A stretch of DNA of 64,000 bases. It comes from a virus. The stretch is taken from positions 27,723 to 91,722 of IMG/VR virus record IMGVR_UViG_3300005613_000025. The stretch is one strand, 5' to 3'. This document shows positions 10,737-21,345 of the stretch, piece by piece. The first letter of the stretch is position 1. Each line of letters begins with the position of its first letter. The notes below the pieces were generated by a model. The model saw only the letters and a list, made by a program, of their open reading frames with translations, ran no database searches and was not told the DNA's origin. A program made the position numbers and the translations under genes.

Positions 10737-11622
10737 AATTCTGTAAATTTTTAAGAACCTGTTCTCGGTTGTTCATTATATATCTGATGACATCAGGTCT
10801 TATTTTATTTCCCACATATCCGAAGACTTCGGTCGAAAATTTGGTTTCCTCTGGATTCTTGGCCAATTTTCTGAGTTCTTCTGTCGAAACTTTTGGAAGT
10901 ATCACTCTTGAAATATTATGAACTTGTTTATCAGTGTATGTGGAATTTATTGCAAGCTGATACTGTTTTATCCAACCACCTTTACCAGCTACCGTATTGC
11001 CTGTAAGTACGAAATTACCCATTTGTTCTTTTGTGAAATAATGCATTATTATCTCGGTCTCGTCAGAGTTGGGATGTGCGATCAACCAACCATTAACATC
11101 TTTTGATATGATATCCCATATTTCTTTTTTCAATTGATAATCATCTGAATGAAATACCTTACCAAGCGATTCATATCCACCTATTTCATCTTTGTAATCA
11201 GAAAGTATTGATTCATATGATCCTAATTGTACTCTTTCGTTTTCATCTCTGTAAAATTTGACTGAAATATTCTCACCATTAACGGTGATATCGTATTTAC
11301 TACCCCTTTTGGTCAATGTGCCACCATAAACACCACATAAGAACCCCTCAAAATTATGTCCTCTGATATCCTGGTGTTTTATAAGTGAGTCAAAATAATC
11401 TGCAAATCTCACCTTATCGTGTGTTTCTTGATAATCTAGATCTATATTTTCCCCAAGTTTAAAGAATTCACCCTTTGTTTTCATTATGATCCTTTTTATA
11501 ACTTGTGATGATTTTTCCTTAGGTAATGGAATCGAACCATATAAGTGTAATAATTTACCCATAAGATCGTCATACTCACTATCATGTGATTCAAACAATT
11601 GAAAACTCACTAAATTCTTCAT
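10714..11622 (-). CDS. Hypothetical protein, possible PD-(D/E)xK nuclease fold
   Basis: GHNFEG..YDI..ISVK; N-terminal F.LFE motif. Confidence 0.5.
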   Translation of the reverse strand: MKNLVSFQLFESHDSEYDDLMGKLLHLYGSIPLPKEKSSQVIKRIIMKTKGEFFKLGENIDLDYQETHDKVRFADYFDSLIKHQDIRGHNFEGFLCGVYGGTLTKRGSKYDITVNGENISVKFYRDENERVQLGSYESILSDYKDEIGGYESLGKVFHSDDYQLKKEIWDIISKDVNGWLIAHPNSDETEIIMHYFTKEQMGNFVLTGNTVAGKGGWIKQYQLAINSTYTDKQVHNISRVILPKVSTEELRKLAKNPEETKFSTEVFGYVGNKIRPDVIRYIMNNREQVLKNLQNYETFTRI

Positions 11623-11662
11623 ATTATCTATATATTAAATTAAATTTTCATATATTTGTATT

Positions 11663-12052
11663 ATGAAGGATTATCCTCTTTTTATTACTTTGGTCAGATA
11701 TTATCGAGATAAAACAACATCTCATAATTTCAAACAAGGCAAGCTGTCGATAGCTGAACTTGTTCTCACCGAAGATGGCCAATTATATTTACATCAATCT
11801 GATAATAATGTGATAACCATGAATTCCCCAGAAAAACTTGCTGAATCAAGATGCATCATATATTACTCATGGGTAAATTTAGATCAAATTAAATATGTTC
11901 ATGATTATTGTGAAATGTTGTCAGATGAAAAAGAATGGTTGGTCGGTCACACATACACAAAGGAGTTCATGGCATCTGTGATCAAAGATTTCAGAAAATA
12001 TAAATTGAAACTCATCACCGGTGATCTTGATATCGAAAAGATAAAGTTTTAA
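11663..12052 (+). CDS. Hypothetical protein
   Basis: ORF behind TATATTTG; RKYKLKLI motif. Confidence 0.6.
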   Translation: MKDYPLFITLVRYYRDKTTSHNFKQGKLSIAELVLTEDGQLYLHQSDNNVITMNSPEKLAESRCIIYYSWVNLDQIKYVHDYCEMLSDEKEWLVGHTYTKEFMASVIKDFRKYKLKLITGDLDIEKIKF

Positions 12053-12846
12053 ACTTTGTATCTTTTCATTATATCGATCAAAAATGGATCCCGCACAATG
12101 TCATCTTCTGTGAATTCAACTATTCCGACACCATCCATCTCTTTGAATCTTTCTATGGCATCAACGAGTCCATTTTTTTCATTTTTATTTAATTTGATAT
12201 CACATTGTTCTGGATCACCACATATTACCATTTTTGAGTTTTCACCTAATCTTGAAATGAAAGTTTTCATTTCAGAAACAGTAAGGTTCTGTGCTTCATC
12301 CAATAAACAATAAGTGCCGATAGGCTCATTGTTCTCATCGTATTTTCCAAAAGTTGTTCCTCTCATGAAATTAACAACCTTATCATTGACAACATTACTT
12401 CCCTTTAAGAATTTTCTAACTTTGCTTCCGACCATCTTATCCAAGTTATCATAGAAATGGTCAAAATAATTGGTTATCTTATCTTGAAGGTCGCCAGGCA
12501 ATGCACCCAATGATTTTGGAGAAACTTCAATTATAGGAGTGGTCAACATCATATCTCCAATTCTAAAATCATCTGACTTCAATAATTCCAATCCTGTTTT
12601 CAAGGCAATGAAAGTTTTTCCTGATCCTGGACTTCCAGTTACGAATGTTATTCTATTTTCTTTTATCGTATTGGCCAATTGTTTTTGCTTTTGGTTCTTG
12701 AACTTACAATTGATCTTGAAATTCAGATTCATCAATTGTCTCATTTCATCAGCTCTGATATCTTCCATTTCGTTCAAAGCATCTTGTAATTCTTGTTTCT
12801 TGGTTCTTCGTCTAGCCATGTAATTGATTTTTTTAATAGTTGTCAA
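12049..12846 (-). CDS. phoH: PhoH-family ATPase
   Basis: GSPGSGKT, LGALPGD, FMRGTT, LDEAQN, SRLG, GDPEQCD, DIVR. Confidence 0.95.
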   Translation of the reverse strand: MTTIKKINYMARRRTKKQELQDALNEMEDIRADEMRQLMNLNFKINCKFKNQKQKQLANTIKENRITFVTGSPGSGKTFIALKTGLELLKSDDFRIGDMMLTTPIIEVSPKSLGALPGDLQDKITNYFDHFYDNLDKMVGSKVRKFLKGSNVVNDKVVNFMRGTTFGKYDENNEPIGTYCLLDEAQNLTVSEMKTFISRLGENSKMVICGDPEQCDIKLNKNEKNGLVDAIERFKEMDGVGIVEFTEDDIVRDPFLIDIMKRYKV

Positions 12847-13288
12847 ACAGAAAATCTCTCAATTTACTGCCTTTCAATTCGATACCATAATATGATTTTC
12901 TTAATATTGTCGTTTCAATTATCTCACCATCATATGGGAAGTATATCCATGAATGCTGTCGCCATACACTATCATCAATACCTAAGGCCCATCCTGTCAT
13001 CAATGAAATTTCATCTGGTGAATTGTTCTGATCCATCCAATTCTCATAGAATGTTGCAGAATTTCTATGACATTTTGATGGATCCATCTCATACAATATG
13101 ACTGAATAATCATCTGAATCGTAAAAATCACCTGATCCGATCAATTGTTCGATGTCTTCTTCAAAAACTTGATTCACTTGATCACCATCGTGCTCCAATA
13201 ATATTGATTCAAGCTCTTTGAATCTATTGAATGATTCGTATTTTTTTATTGTTTTATCATCTTTCATAGAATCCAGCAAATAATTCAT
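12833..13288 (-). CDS. Hypothetical protein
   Basis: ORF with CHRNS..GWAL..WRQHSW. Confidence 0.6.
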   Translation of the reverse strand: MNYLLDSMKDDKTIKKYESFNRFKELESILLEHDGDQVNQVFEEDIEQLIGSGDFYDSDDYSVILYEMDPSKCHRNSATFYENWMDQNNSPDEISLMTGWALGIDDSVWRQHSWIYFPYDGEIIETTILRKSYYGIELKGSKLRDFLFDNY

Positions 13289-14312
13289 GTTGTGTCAGAT
13301 AATTGTAATGATCATCTTTCATATATTTTGGATTTATCAAAAATCCTTTCAAGTATATATCAAGTGGCTCAATTGACCCTCCTGATTTTTCTCTTTCATT
13401 TAAAAATTTTCTTCCTTTCAGTGAATGTTTTATTACTTTTGTTATAAGAAATTCTTCACGCTCTCGTTTCATATTCATTCCCTGTTCATATCCTCTACCT
13501 ATTGAATATCCCCAGTTATATGGTACTATTTTATATTTCTGTTTCAATTTGTCTTGATCGAATATGAAAACAACTGATTGCCATTTTTTTGCATATTCAA
13601 CATCTCTTGTAAGTGATATTCCTCTCATCCACCAAGAATCATCATATCCTGGCATGTCATCTTTCAGTCTTTTACCACCTGGCCAAGTTCTTTGAAATCC
13701 ATAGCAGTCCAATCTGTTCAATTCAAGTGCATTGATAGCATACTTTGCTTCAAGTGCGTGATAAAGGTCAGCTCTTGACACTTCTTCTGTGATATATTCA
13801 GAGAATCTTATCACCTTTGGATTCATTTTGAAATCAAGTAAGTAATCTTCGTTGAATTTACCACCACCACACTTTGAACATGATAATTTGTTCTTTGGCT
13901 TTATGTTCTTATAGAACTTTTTATGACATGTTCTGCACTCAGCTATCCATTTTGCAACATTGTCCATATTCACACTTGAAAGTGGTGTGCATTCTTTTGC
14001 ATTGCAACCTATTTCTTTTGCAATTCGTTGCCACTTACTATCATGGTTTGATTTCTTACCTCTATTATTGAAGTCAATTGCGTGTGCTATCTCATGCAAT
14101 ATCGTGTTCTTTATTCTATCAAGTGATGTTTCATTCTTGGTCAATTTTCTTGATAGTATGATTTGTTTATATCGATAGTTACATCTTGCAAAATAAAATT
14201 TCTGATTGTCTTTCATTTCACGATCGTTACCGAATTTGAATGTCCAATCACTCAGTCCATGTTGTCTTAGCATGGAATCTCCCATTTTTTTTATTTTGTT
14301 CAGGTCCATCAT
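13257..14312 (-). CDS. SprT-like metalloprotease fused to an unknown C-terminal domain
   Basis: TILHEIAHA, HDSKWQ, two CxxC pairs. Confidence 0.85.
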   Translation of the reverse strand: MMDLNKIKKMGDSMLRQHGLSDWTFKFGNDREMKDNQKFYFARCNYRYKQIILSRKLTKNETSLDRIKNTILHEIAHAIDFNNRGKKSNHDSKWQRIAKEIGCNAKECTPLSSVNMDNVAKWIAECRTCHKKFYKNIKPKNKLSCSKCGGGKFNEDYLLDFKMNPKVIRFSEYITEEVSRADLYHALEAKYAINALELNRLDCYGFQRTWPGGKRLKDDMPGYDDSWWMRGISLTRDVEYAKKWQSVVFIFDQDKLKQKYKIVPYNWGYSIGRGYEQGMNMKREREEFLITKVIKHSLKGRKFLNEREKSGGSIEPLDIYLKGFLINPKYMKDDHYNYLTQHELFAGFYER

Positions 14313-14322
14313 ATTATTTCAA

Positions 14323-15048
14323 TCATATTATTTCAACATCAATTGCGCTAGTCAGTTCGATAACTATTGATGACAAGTCATTTGTTCTGAATATGCCGAT
14401 GAATACCCGATTTCTGATCCTGCTAGTGAACACTGGAAAGGTTTCTCCTGGGTTTCGGACCCATGTTATATCTTTTAATTCTTCCCATAGTTTATTCATC
14501 ATACTTTTTTTGATTTTATCTGATGTTATAACTAAATGATTTCTATCCAGATTCTTAGTGTGATTGATAGACATATCCTTCAAATTGAATTCTTTTTCAA
14601 GATATTCTGTAAATAACTTTTTATTGAGTGTCAAAGTGTTGTCTTTAATAGAGAATGAATTCGATGCTTTATCCCACCATTTTTCGAAAATGAACAGGAT
14701 AGCGATCTTATTCATGTTTTCGAAATTTACCCATACCTTATCGAAATTATCTTCGATCTTGCCTATACTTTCTTTTATGAGTTCGACTATTTTCAGGCTG
14801 TTACTCATTTGATTTATAACTCTATCAACATCACTGACAGATTTTGCGAACATGTTCGATTCACCTATCTGTTTATCAAGTGTCACTAAAATGAGATGCT
14901 CTTGATTTTCGTATTTTATCTCATAATCGGTCAATTCATCCTCGACATCCAACATAGCTTCATTTACGAGTGTACGCAACTTTCTTTTCATTTCTACCTT
15001 ATCTTTAAGGTCACTGGATTCATTGAACTGACTGAATTTGTGTATCAT
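14323..15048 (-). CDS. Hypothetical protein (probable virion-internal)
   Basis: MIHKFSQFNES start; TAATATATA upstream. Confidence 0.65.
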   Translation of the reverse strand: MIHKFSQFNESSDLKDKVEMKRKLRTLVNEAMLDVEDELTDYEIKYENQEHLILVTLDKQIGESNMFAKSVSDVDRVINQMSNSLKIVELIKESIGKIEDNFDKVWVNFENMNKIAILFIFEKWWDKASNSFSIKDNTLTLNKKLFTEYLEKEFNLKDMSINHTKNLDRNHLVITSDKIKKSMMNKLWEELKDITWVRNPGETFPVFTSRIRNRVFIGIFRTNDLSSIVIELTSAIDVEII

Positions 15049-15112
15049 TTATCAATTTTATTTTGTTACTCTATATATTAAAACCAAACTACAATAACCA
15101 ACTATAATTCAC

Positions 15113-16783
15113 ATGTCAATAAGGAGAGATGTAAATAAATATAAGCCAAGAAAAGAGCAACAAGAGTGTTTGGATTTCATTGATTCAAATTATAAGAAAA
15201 ATCCACAGGATAAGATATATCTTTTGGATCTTCCAGTAGGTGTGGGAAAGTCACATCTTGCTATGATGATATCACAATGGTATTTTGATAATGTTAACAG
15301 GATGGCAAGAGTTGATGTCATCACGAATTCAAAGATATTGCAGGATCAATATTCATCGACCTATAATTCAATTCAAGACCTGAAAGGAAAGGATAACTAT
15401 GAATGTAAAGAATATGGATGTTCCTGTGCGCAAGGTGCAGAGTTCAATAAATTGAATAAGACGAAATGTGATGATTGTCCTTATCAGTATGCAAGAGAGT
15501 CATTCATAAATGGTAAAATTTCATTGACCAACTTTTATCTTTATGTACTTTATGCACTTTACATACCAAAGGTGTTGGAAAATAGAGCAGCATCTGTTCT
15601 TATAGTCGATGAGGCTCATTCATTTGATGAGGTCATGAGTAATTTCATATCAGTAAAGATAACTGAGAAAACCATTAAAAAGATGAAACTCACCGATGAG
15701 AGGAAAATGCTAAGTGAGTTGAAGTCGGTCAAGACGATATCAGAATATATCAAATTCTTGAAGAAGCTTGAAAAAACAATTTCAAATTCAATGAATGACA
15801 TTACACGATCAATGATGGGCAGATCACGAAGCATCACAAAAGATAAAAGAAGTGTTAAATTATCAGTGATACTGGAAAAAGGTCCGAACAGTGATGTGAA
15901 AATGATGAATCTCATATCTGACCTTGATCAGTTGAGATCAAAGATCGAGATATTTTTAAAAGAGTATGAGAATGATCCTGACAATTGGATATTGGAATCA
16001 AATTGGAATGAAAAGACCAAGAAGGTTGAACTTTCACTTGAGCCGATATGGGCCTATGAATATCTTGATAAATATGTTTTCTCAAAATACGATATGGTCT
16101 TTCTCATGTCAGGAACAATATTGAACAAATCTCTTTTCTGTGAAATAAATGGCCTCGATGTTGATCGGTCAGTATATTACTCGATCAATTCACCATTTGA
16201 AGTAAGTAAAAGACCTATATTTTATATGCCGCTTGGTAAAATGTCATATAAACAAAAAGAAACAACATTCAAGAATTACATACCATATATACATAAGATA
16301 CTGAAAAAGTACAATGATAAGAAGGGGATCATCCACACAAATTCCTTTGAATTGTCAAAATGGATCGAGGATTCAGTCAAGGATGATAGATTGATGTTCC
16401 ATGATTCATCAAATAAAGATCAGGTCCTGAACGAACATTATGACTCTACTAAGCCGTCAGTGATTGTCTCACCATCAATGGATACCGGTGTAAGCTTCGA
16501 TGATGATAAGGCAAGATTTCAGATCATTGCAAAGGTTCCATATCCTACACTCGCATCTAAAAAGAACAAGATGCGTCAAAAAATGAAACCTGATTGGTAC
16601 ATATGGAGAACCGTGTCCGGCTTGATACAAATGACCGGAAGAGCTGTAAGATCAGTGGATGATCATGCCGATACAATTATAATAGATGGAGGATTCGGTG
16701 ATGTAATGAGATTCAGTTCACATTTTTTACCGAAATGGTTTCAAAATGCAATAAGATCGGTCAATATCAAAACAAAAGTTTGA
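15113..16783 (+). CDS. DinG/XPD-family helicase
   Basis: Q motif, PVGVGKS, Cys cluster, DEAH, MSGT, QMTGRAVRS..D. Confidence 0.92.
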   Translation: MSIRRDVNKYKPRKEQQECLDFIDSNYKKNPQDKIYLLDLPVGVGKSHLAMMISQWYFDNVNRMARVDVITNSKILQDQYSSTYNSIQDLKGKDNYECKEYGCSCAQGAEFNKLNKTKCDDCPYQYARESFINGKISLTNFYLYVLYALYIPKVLENRAASVLIVDEAHSFDEVMSNFISVKITEKTIKKMKLTDERKMLSELKSVKTISEYIKFLKKLEKTISNSMNDITRSMMGRSRSITKDKRSVKLSVILEKGPNSDVKMMNLISDLDQLRSKIEIFLKEYENDPDNWILESNWNEKTKKVELSLEPIWAYEYLDKYVFSKYDMVFLMSGTILNKSLFCEINGLDVDRSVYYSINSPFEVSKRPIFYMPLGKMSYKQKETTFKNYIPYIHKILKKYNDKKGIIHTNSFELSKWIEDSVKDDRLMFHDSSNKDQVLNEHYDSTKPSVIVSPSMDTGVSFDDDKARFQIIAKVPYPTLASKKNKMRQKMKPDWYIWRTVSGLIQMTGRAVRSVDDHADTIIIDGGFGDVMRFSSHFLPKWFQNAIRSVNIKTKV

Positions 16784-17188
16784 TCATTTGAAGCTATCGA
16801 ATCGAACTATACTGGATTCATTCTTCTTCTTTTTCTCAATTGCCTTTCTCAATCCTTCTGGAAGCTTCTTTTGTTTTGCAGTTAATCCTTTTGATTTTCC
16901 TTCTTCTTTATCTTCCATTGAATCTTCGATCGCTTTTCCTCTTGATTTCTCATACTTAGAGATTTTCTTGTTCTTATCGAGGTCAGCTTTTTTTGGATTT
17001 TTCAATCCTGATTTTTCGTACGATACTTCGTTCTTTTTCTTTTCATCAACCTCGACAACTTCTGATGCCTCAGACTCACAGGTATCACAACCTTCTTCTT
17101 CAAGTTCGGATATTTCATCCTCTTCTTCGTATTCGTCTTCAAATTCTGGTTCTACATAGAATTTTTCAAATTTAGTGAGGTGTTTCAT
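16784..17188 (-). CDS. Charged low-complexity probable virion protein
   Basis: MKHLTKFEKF; KADLDKNKKISKYE; LTAKQKKLP. Confidence 0.65.
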   Translation of the reverse strand: MKHLTKFEKFYVEPEFEDEYEEEDEISELEEEGCDTCESEASEVVEVDEKKKNEVSYEKSGLKNPKKADLDKNKKISKYEKSRGKAIEDSMEDKEEGKSKGLTAKQKKLPEGLRKAIEKKKKNESSIVRFDSFK

Positions 17189-17257
17189 AATAAAAGATTT
17201 AATTTTAATGTATATATATTATTCTAAAAATAGAAAATGTGATTTTATATATATTTC

Positions 17258-18490
17258 ATGAAAAAAATTTTCGATTATTACCAGTTCATAAATGAGTCGA
17301 AATATGTGAAGGTTCCATTTGTTTTCTCAATAGATTTCGGAAAAACAATAAGAAAAATAGATGAGTTGATCGGAACAGATGTTGCCAATAAATTACTTGA
17401 TAGAACAATCGATTTCAGGTCGGATATTTCTTTGATCGACCTATCAGATGATCCGAACATGGTTGAATTCACAACTGCAGATAAAATATCACAAAAGTTC
17501 AATACAACTGATTTTGTCCTATTAGGTCTTAATATATCACCTTTGGTCTATTCTGGATCTAAAATTTACAATGAACAAAGATCCAAGATGAGGATAGGAA
17601 AATTCCTTAAAAAAATATTAGGTGCTGATATCAATGACCAAGAAGTTGAAAAGTTCTCAAAGGCATATGAATCACAGAATCGAGAAGATTCAAAATATTT
17701 CGAGATATATCGAGGAGTTGATATCAAAATAGGTTATGATACTGAAAATTTTGTTGAAGCGGGATCAAGTGAGTTGCACAATTCATGCATGAATGATCGA
17801 TTTTATGAATTGGAATTCTTTCTTGGGTGTCCTGTCATGTTACTTACTTTGAAACAGAATGAAAAGATATGTGCAAGAGCGCTTATTTGGGAAGTTGAGG
17901 TTATTGATAGGTCAGGAACTTTATCCGGCAAATCCAAAAAATACAATTTCATGGATCGTGTGTATTACATTGATACAAAAGACCTATACAGGTTTCAGAG
18001 ATGGTCCAAGGAAAATAAAGTGTTGTACAAGAGCGATAATAAAACAGGCCCATTCGAAAAAATAACAATGCCTGATGGAACACAAACATTTCTGAATATG
18101 AAATGTGAGATAAAAATCGATCTTGATGAGTGGCTTGATATAGATAATCCTTATATGGTTCCTTACATTGACACTCTCTGCCATGGTCAGAAAAATCAAC
18201 TTAGTAATTTCATACCATCAGATGGAAAATATTATGTGTTTCAAGAAACAGATGGTACCGTATTGGTGCAATCGAATATGAAAGATGTAAATGGTGAAAG
18301 AATACCGGAATCAGAATCACACAATTATGTGATGTCGAATTATCAGCAAGGACTTGTTCATGTAGATGATGTCGAATATGTTGAATATGAAGCTGATGGA
18401 AAAATTATGAAAGATCCGATTGATATAGAAGTTCTTAAACAGTCTGATGATTTTAAACAAATAGATAATAAATGGATAAAAGTCAAGTAA
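17258..18490 (+). CDS. Hypothetical conserved phage protein
   Basis: NSCM, ARALIW, FMDRVY, PYIDT motifs; N-terminal Y.QFINE. Confidence 0.65.
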   Translation: MKKIFDYYQFINESKYVKVPFVFSIDFGKTIRKIDELIGTDVANKLLDRTIDFRSDISLIDLSDDPNMVEFTTADKISQKFNTTDFVLLGLNISPLVYSGSKIYNEQRSKMRIGKFLKKILGADINDQEVEKFSKAYESQNREDSKYFEIYRGVDIKIGYDTENFVEAGSSELHNSCMNDRFYELEFFLGCPVMLLTLKQNEKICARALIWEVEVIDRSGTLSGKSKKYNFMDRVYYIDTKDLYRFQRWSKENKVLYKSDNKTGPFEKITMPDGTQTFLNMKCEIKIDLDEWLDIDNPYMVPYIDTLCHGQKNQLSNFIPSDGKYYVFQETDGTVLVQSNMKDVNGERIPESESHNYVMSNYQQGLVHVDDVEYVEYEADGKIMKDPIDIEVLKQSDDFKQIDNKWIKVK

Positions 18491-18499
18491 AATGTTAGA

Positions 18500-19132
18500 A
18501 TGATGCTTGATAAAATAAAAGAAAATTTCAAATACAGTGAATCAATTCACGGATCATTTTATTATTTGAATGAATCAAAAATCAATAAACACATTTTTGA
18601 TGTAAATGTTCTGAGCTTTAAAAACTTCTACGCCAACCTCATACTTTATGTGAATGATAACATATTCGAACTGGGCGACGAATCTATTGAAGAATTGAGA
18701 AGCTTAATGGATCAAAATGACATAGACAGTAAGTATTACAGGAACTCTTTTTTTGGAAAAAAACTGATGAACAAATATCACAGTATCAATAGAGAGGATC
18801 AAAGAGGAATGAAAATGGGAAACATGGTCATACAGATCGGACGGGAGATAATGGAATCAGTGAGACATAACTATCATGATGTTACATGTATTGATACAGA
18901 CATGATAATCTCTGAGTCAACAATAGAAATTGACATAGAATTACCAATTGAGAAGGAAAAATACGAATGTATCAGGTTTATAAATGCAAAAAGGTATGTC
19001 TTTAAGGAGTATGGAGAATCAGAGATCAAAGTAAGAGGGTACACCAGAAGAGACCTTCAGAAAACCTTGGGTTACCAACAAGAAATGATGAAATTATTAA
19101 GAAAGCAAAAGCTTAAAAAAATCTTAGAATGA
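18500..19132 (+). CDS. Compact, degenerate family-B polymerase palm-like protein
   Basis: FKNFYANL, NSFFGK, IDTD, AKRY, VRG occur in PolB motif order. Confidence 0.5.
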   Translation: MMLDKIKENFKYSESIHGSFYYLNESKINKHIFDVNVLSFKNFYANLILYVNDNIFELGDESIEELRSLMDQNDIDSKYYRNSFFGKKLMNKYHSINREDQRGMKMGNMVIQIGREIMESVRHNYHDVTCIDTDMIISESTIEIDIELPIEKEKYECIRFINAKRYVFKEYGESEIKVRGYTRRDLQKTLGYQQEMMKLLRKQKLKKILE

Positions 19133-19323
19133 AAAAAAGATGTGAAACATGTGCTCATTTTAGAGAATACTTCCATATGGATACAATATATTCGGACGAG
19201 TATATATGTAAATTACATGGGGACTCTGCACTCATAACACATCCTGATACACAATGTTGTGAGAAGCATATAAGTGATTTAGGTCACAAACGAAAAGAAA
19301 AATTAAAAAAACTTCTTGATTGA
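19129..19323 (+). CDS. Small Cys-rich protein
   Basis: CETCAHF..CKLH..CC. Confidence 0.6.
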   Translation: MKKRCETCAHFREYFHMDTIYSDEYICKLHGDSALITHPDTQCCEKHISDLGHKRKEKLKKLLD

Positions 19324-19354
19324 TTTCTATTATAATAGAAAAATATAAATTAAA

Positions 19355-19675
19355 ATGGCAGAATCAGTAACAGATAATAACTTCTCAGAATTCATCCAGA
19401 ATAAAGTAGTTCTGGTGGATGTATTCACAACTTGGTGTGGACCATGTAAGATGCTAGGACCTATCATAGAAGATGTTTCAAATCACTACGAGAATGATGA
19501 AAAAGTGAGTATAGGAAAGATGAATGGTGAGGAAAACAGAGAAACTATCACACAACTACAAGTGAGAAATGTTCCTACGATCATATTTTATAAGGATGGT
19601 CAAGAAGTTGAGAGAAAAGTGGGTGTTGTTCAAAAAAGTGAATTGATCAATATCATTGATAATCTTAAAGATTAG
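19355..19675 (+). CDS. trxA: Thioredoxin
   Basis: WCGPC active site, VPT. Confidence 0.95.
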   Translation: MAESVTDNNFSEFIQNKVVLVDVFTTWCGPCKMLGPIIEDVSNHYENDEKVSIGKMNGEENRETITQLQVRNVPTIIFYKDGQEVERKVGVVQKSELINIIDNLKD

Positions 19676-19680
19676 TCTAA

Positions 19681-20235
19681 ATGGATGAGTTCTTAGAGAT
19701 ATTGAACGACCATTCGATAATAACGATGAGTTATAATTCATCATATGAAATAAAGGTCAACAGCTTTATCAAGTATTTTTACAATGATCCTACATTTTTC
19801 TCGGATATGGATATCGATGAGATATTTGAGAAACTGAATGAAAAAAAGTTCAATCGATCTATTGTGATATCATCGATAGTTGGTAATGAGAAAACAATAG
19901 TCATAGATCTACCATCATTGCATCTACCAGATGGTTTGCCTCTTAATTCGAGAAATCAACATAAAACTCTGATGCACCGATTATCTGAACTTATTTTCAT
20001 TAATGATGAAATAAAATGGAGGTTCATAATTCTCTCACATAAATATACATCTTTTGGCAAGCATAATATTTTAGGTGGTGAGCAGCTTTTATATCACTCA
20101 CATCATGTGCTCGATATTGATGAAGATATCAACATAATCAAATCCAGAAATTTCTCACCGAAATATCTTGAAAAATCAGATAAATTACTTAGAAAGATCA
20201 AATTGAATGACATACTCAATGAAACTGAAAAATAA
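19681..20235 (+). CDS. Hypothetical protein
   Basis: ORF with C-terminal RKIKLNDIL. Confidence 0.6.
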   Translation: MDEFLEILNDHSIITMSYNSSYEIKVNSFIKYFYNDPTFFSDMDIDEIFEKLNEKKFNRSIVISSIVGNEKTIVIDLPSLHLPDGLPLNSRNQHKTLMHRLSELIFINDEIKWRFIILSHKYTSFGKHNILGGEQLLYHSHHVLDIDEDINIIKSRNFSPKYLEKSDKLLRKIKLNDILNETEK

Positions 20236-20656
20236 AAAAGCATATTTTGACTTTGATATAGAACAAGAATATGTTTGTGGTATCAAACTTGTTGGATCCG
20301 AGGTCAAATCCGTTAGAATGAAGATGATATCATTCTCAGACTCATATGTTCTGATAGATAATGAGAATCAGGTGATCCTTAGAAATCTCAGTATTGCAAA
20401 ATATGAGAATGCATCATTTGACAATCACGATGAGAAGCGGGATAGGATACTTCTTTTGAATAAAAAGGAGATTGAAAAGATATCTCACTCACAGATGGCA
20501 AAGAACCTTTCTATCATTCCTCTTGAAATATTCACAAAAGGAACACTTATAAAAGTGAAGATAGGTCTTGGCCGTGGTAAAAAGAAGTATGATAAGAGGA
20601 ATTCAATTAAGGAAAAGGACATAGAAAGAGAAGTAAAAAGAAATGAGAAAAATTGA
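20207..20656 (+). CDS. smpB: SsrA-binding protein
   Basis: NKKAYFDF, GIKLVGSEVKSVR, RILLLNKKEI, GKKKYDKR. Confidence 0.96.
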   Translation: MTYSMKLKNKKAYFDFDIEQEYVCGIKLVGSEVKSVRMKMISFSDSYVLIDNENQVILRNLSIAKYENASFDNHDEKRDRILLLNKKEIEKISHSQMAKNLSIIPLEIFTKGTLIKVKIGLGRGKKKYDKRNSIKEKDIEREVKRNEKN

Positions 20657-21017
20657 TATTGAATTTGGTGATGTAACATCTGAGTTCTTGGACAGAAGTA
20701 GTATAATGGCTCGAAGTCTTATAAAACAACTTATACGAGAAGGTATAAACAAAGATTTCTCATCAGTTCTACTATCACCTGGTGTCATATTAGAGGTCGA
20801 TTTTCCAAGATACAGTTTGATACCATCCGAAAATCAATCAACCGGTCAAATAATGATGATAGGTATGTGTGATGGTTTTTTCATATTCAAGGATATGGTT
20901 GGATTTTTAGACCATTCACATCAAGCATGTTTATTTGACACATATGATATTCAAGTAGTATCAAGTATGATATTGAAAGATATCAGAATGAAAAAAATGA
21001 AAGATATACTTAATTAA
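20643..21017 (+). CDS. Hypothetical protein
   Basis: ORF with C-terminal RMKKMKDILN. Confidence 0.55.
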   Translation: MRKIDIEFGDVTSEFLDRSSIMARSLIKQLIREGINKDFSSVLLSPGVILEVDFPRYSLIPSENQSTGQIMMIGMCDGFFIFKDMVGFLDHSHQACLFDTYDIQVVSSMILKDIRMKKMKDILN

Positions 21018-21209
21018 GATTCCTCGGATTGTTCATTTTTACCTTCTTCCTTTGTCTTATCAAAGTTTTCAGAGCTTATCACAACCAATTTATTTATTTC
21101 AACATCTGAACCGTTCTCGGTTTTCACTTATATATAAAAAAATAAAAATAAAATTTTGGTGGTAAACTTTTAATATATATATTTGTATAACAATTGAGAG
21201 TCAATTAAT

Positions 21210-21345
21210 AGACACTTGGAATTCTCACACTGAGATAGGCCGTCGCATTAAAACGGGGTTGTTTTATAAAATAAAACTATACGTGATGTAACCCGTGGCT
21301 GAATCCCTTTCTTGGATGTGGGTGAAAATCCCACCGAAAGTGTCT
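21210..21345 (+). ncRNA. Candidate structured, partly tRNA-like ncRNA
   Basis: Closing stem AGACACTT/AAGTGTCT, internal hairpins, T-arm-like GTGGG-TGAAAAT-CCCAC; promoter motifs at 21171-21186. Confidence 0.55.

Noticed and set aside
19279-19290. 12-nt match (TTAGGTCACAAA) to spacer 3 of array 2
   Set aside because: Too short and the flanks disagree; compatible with chance.
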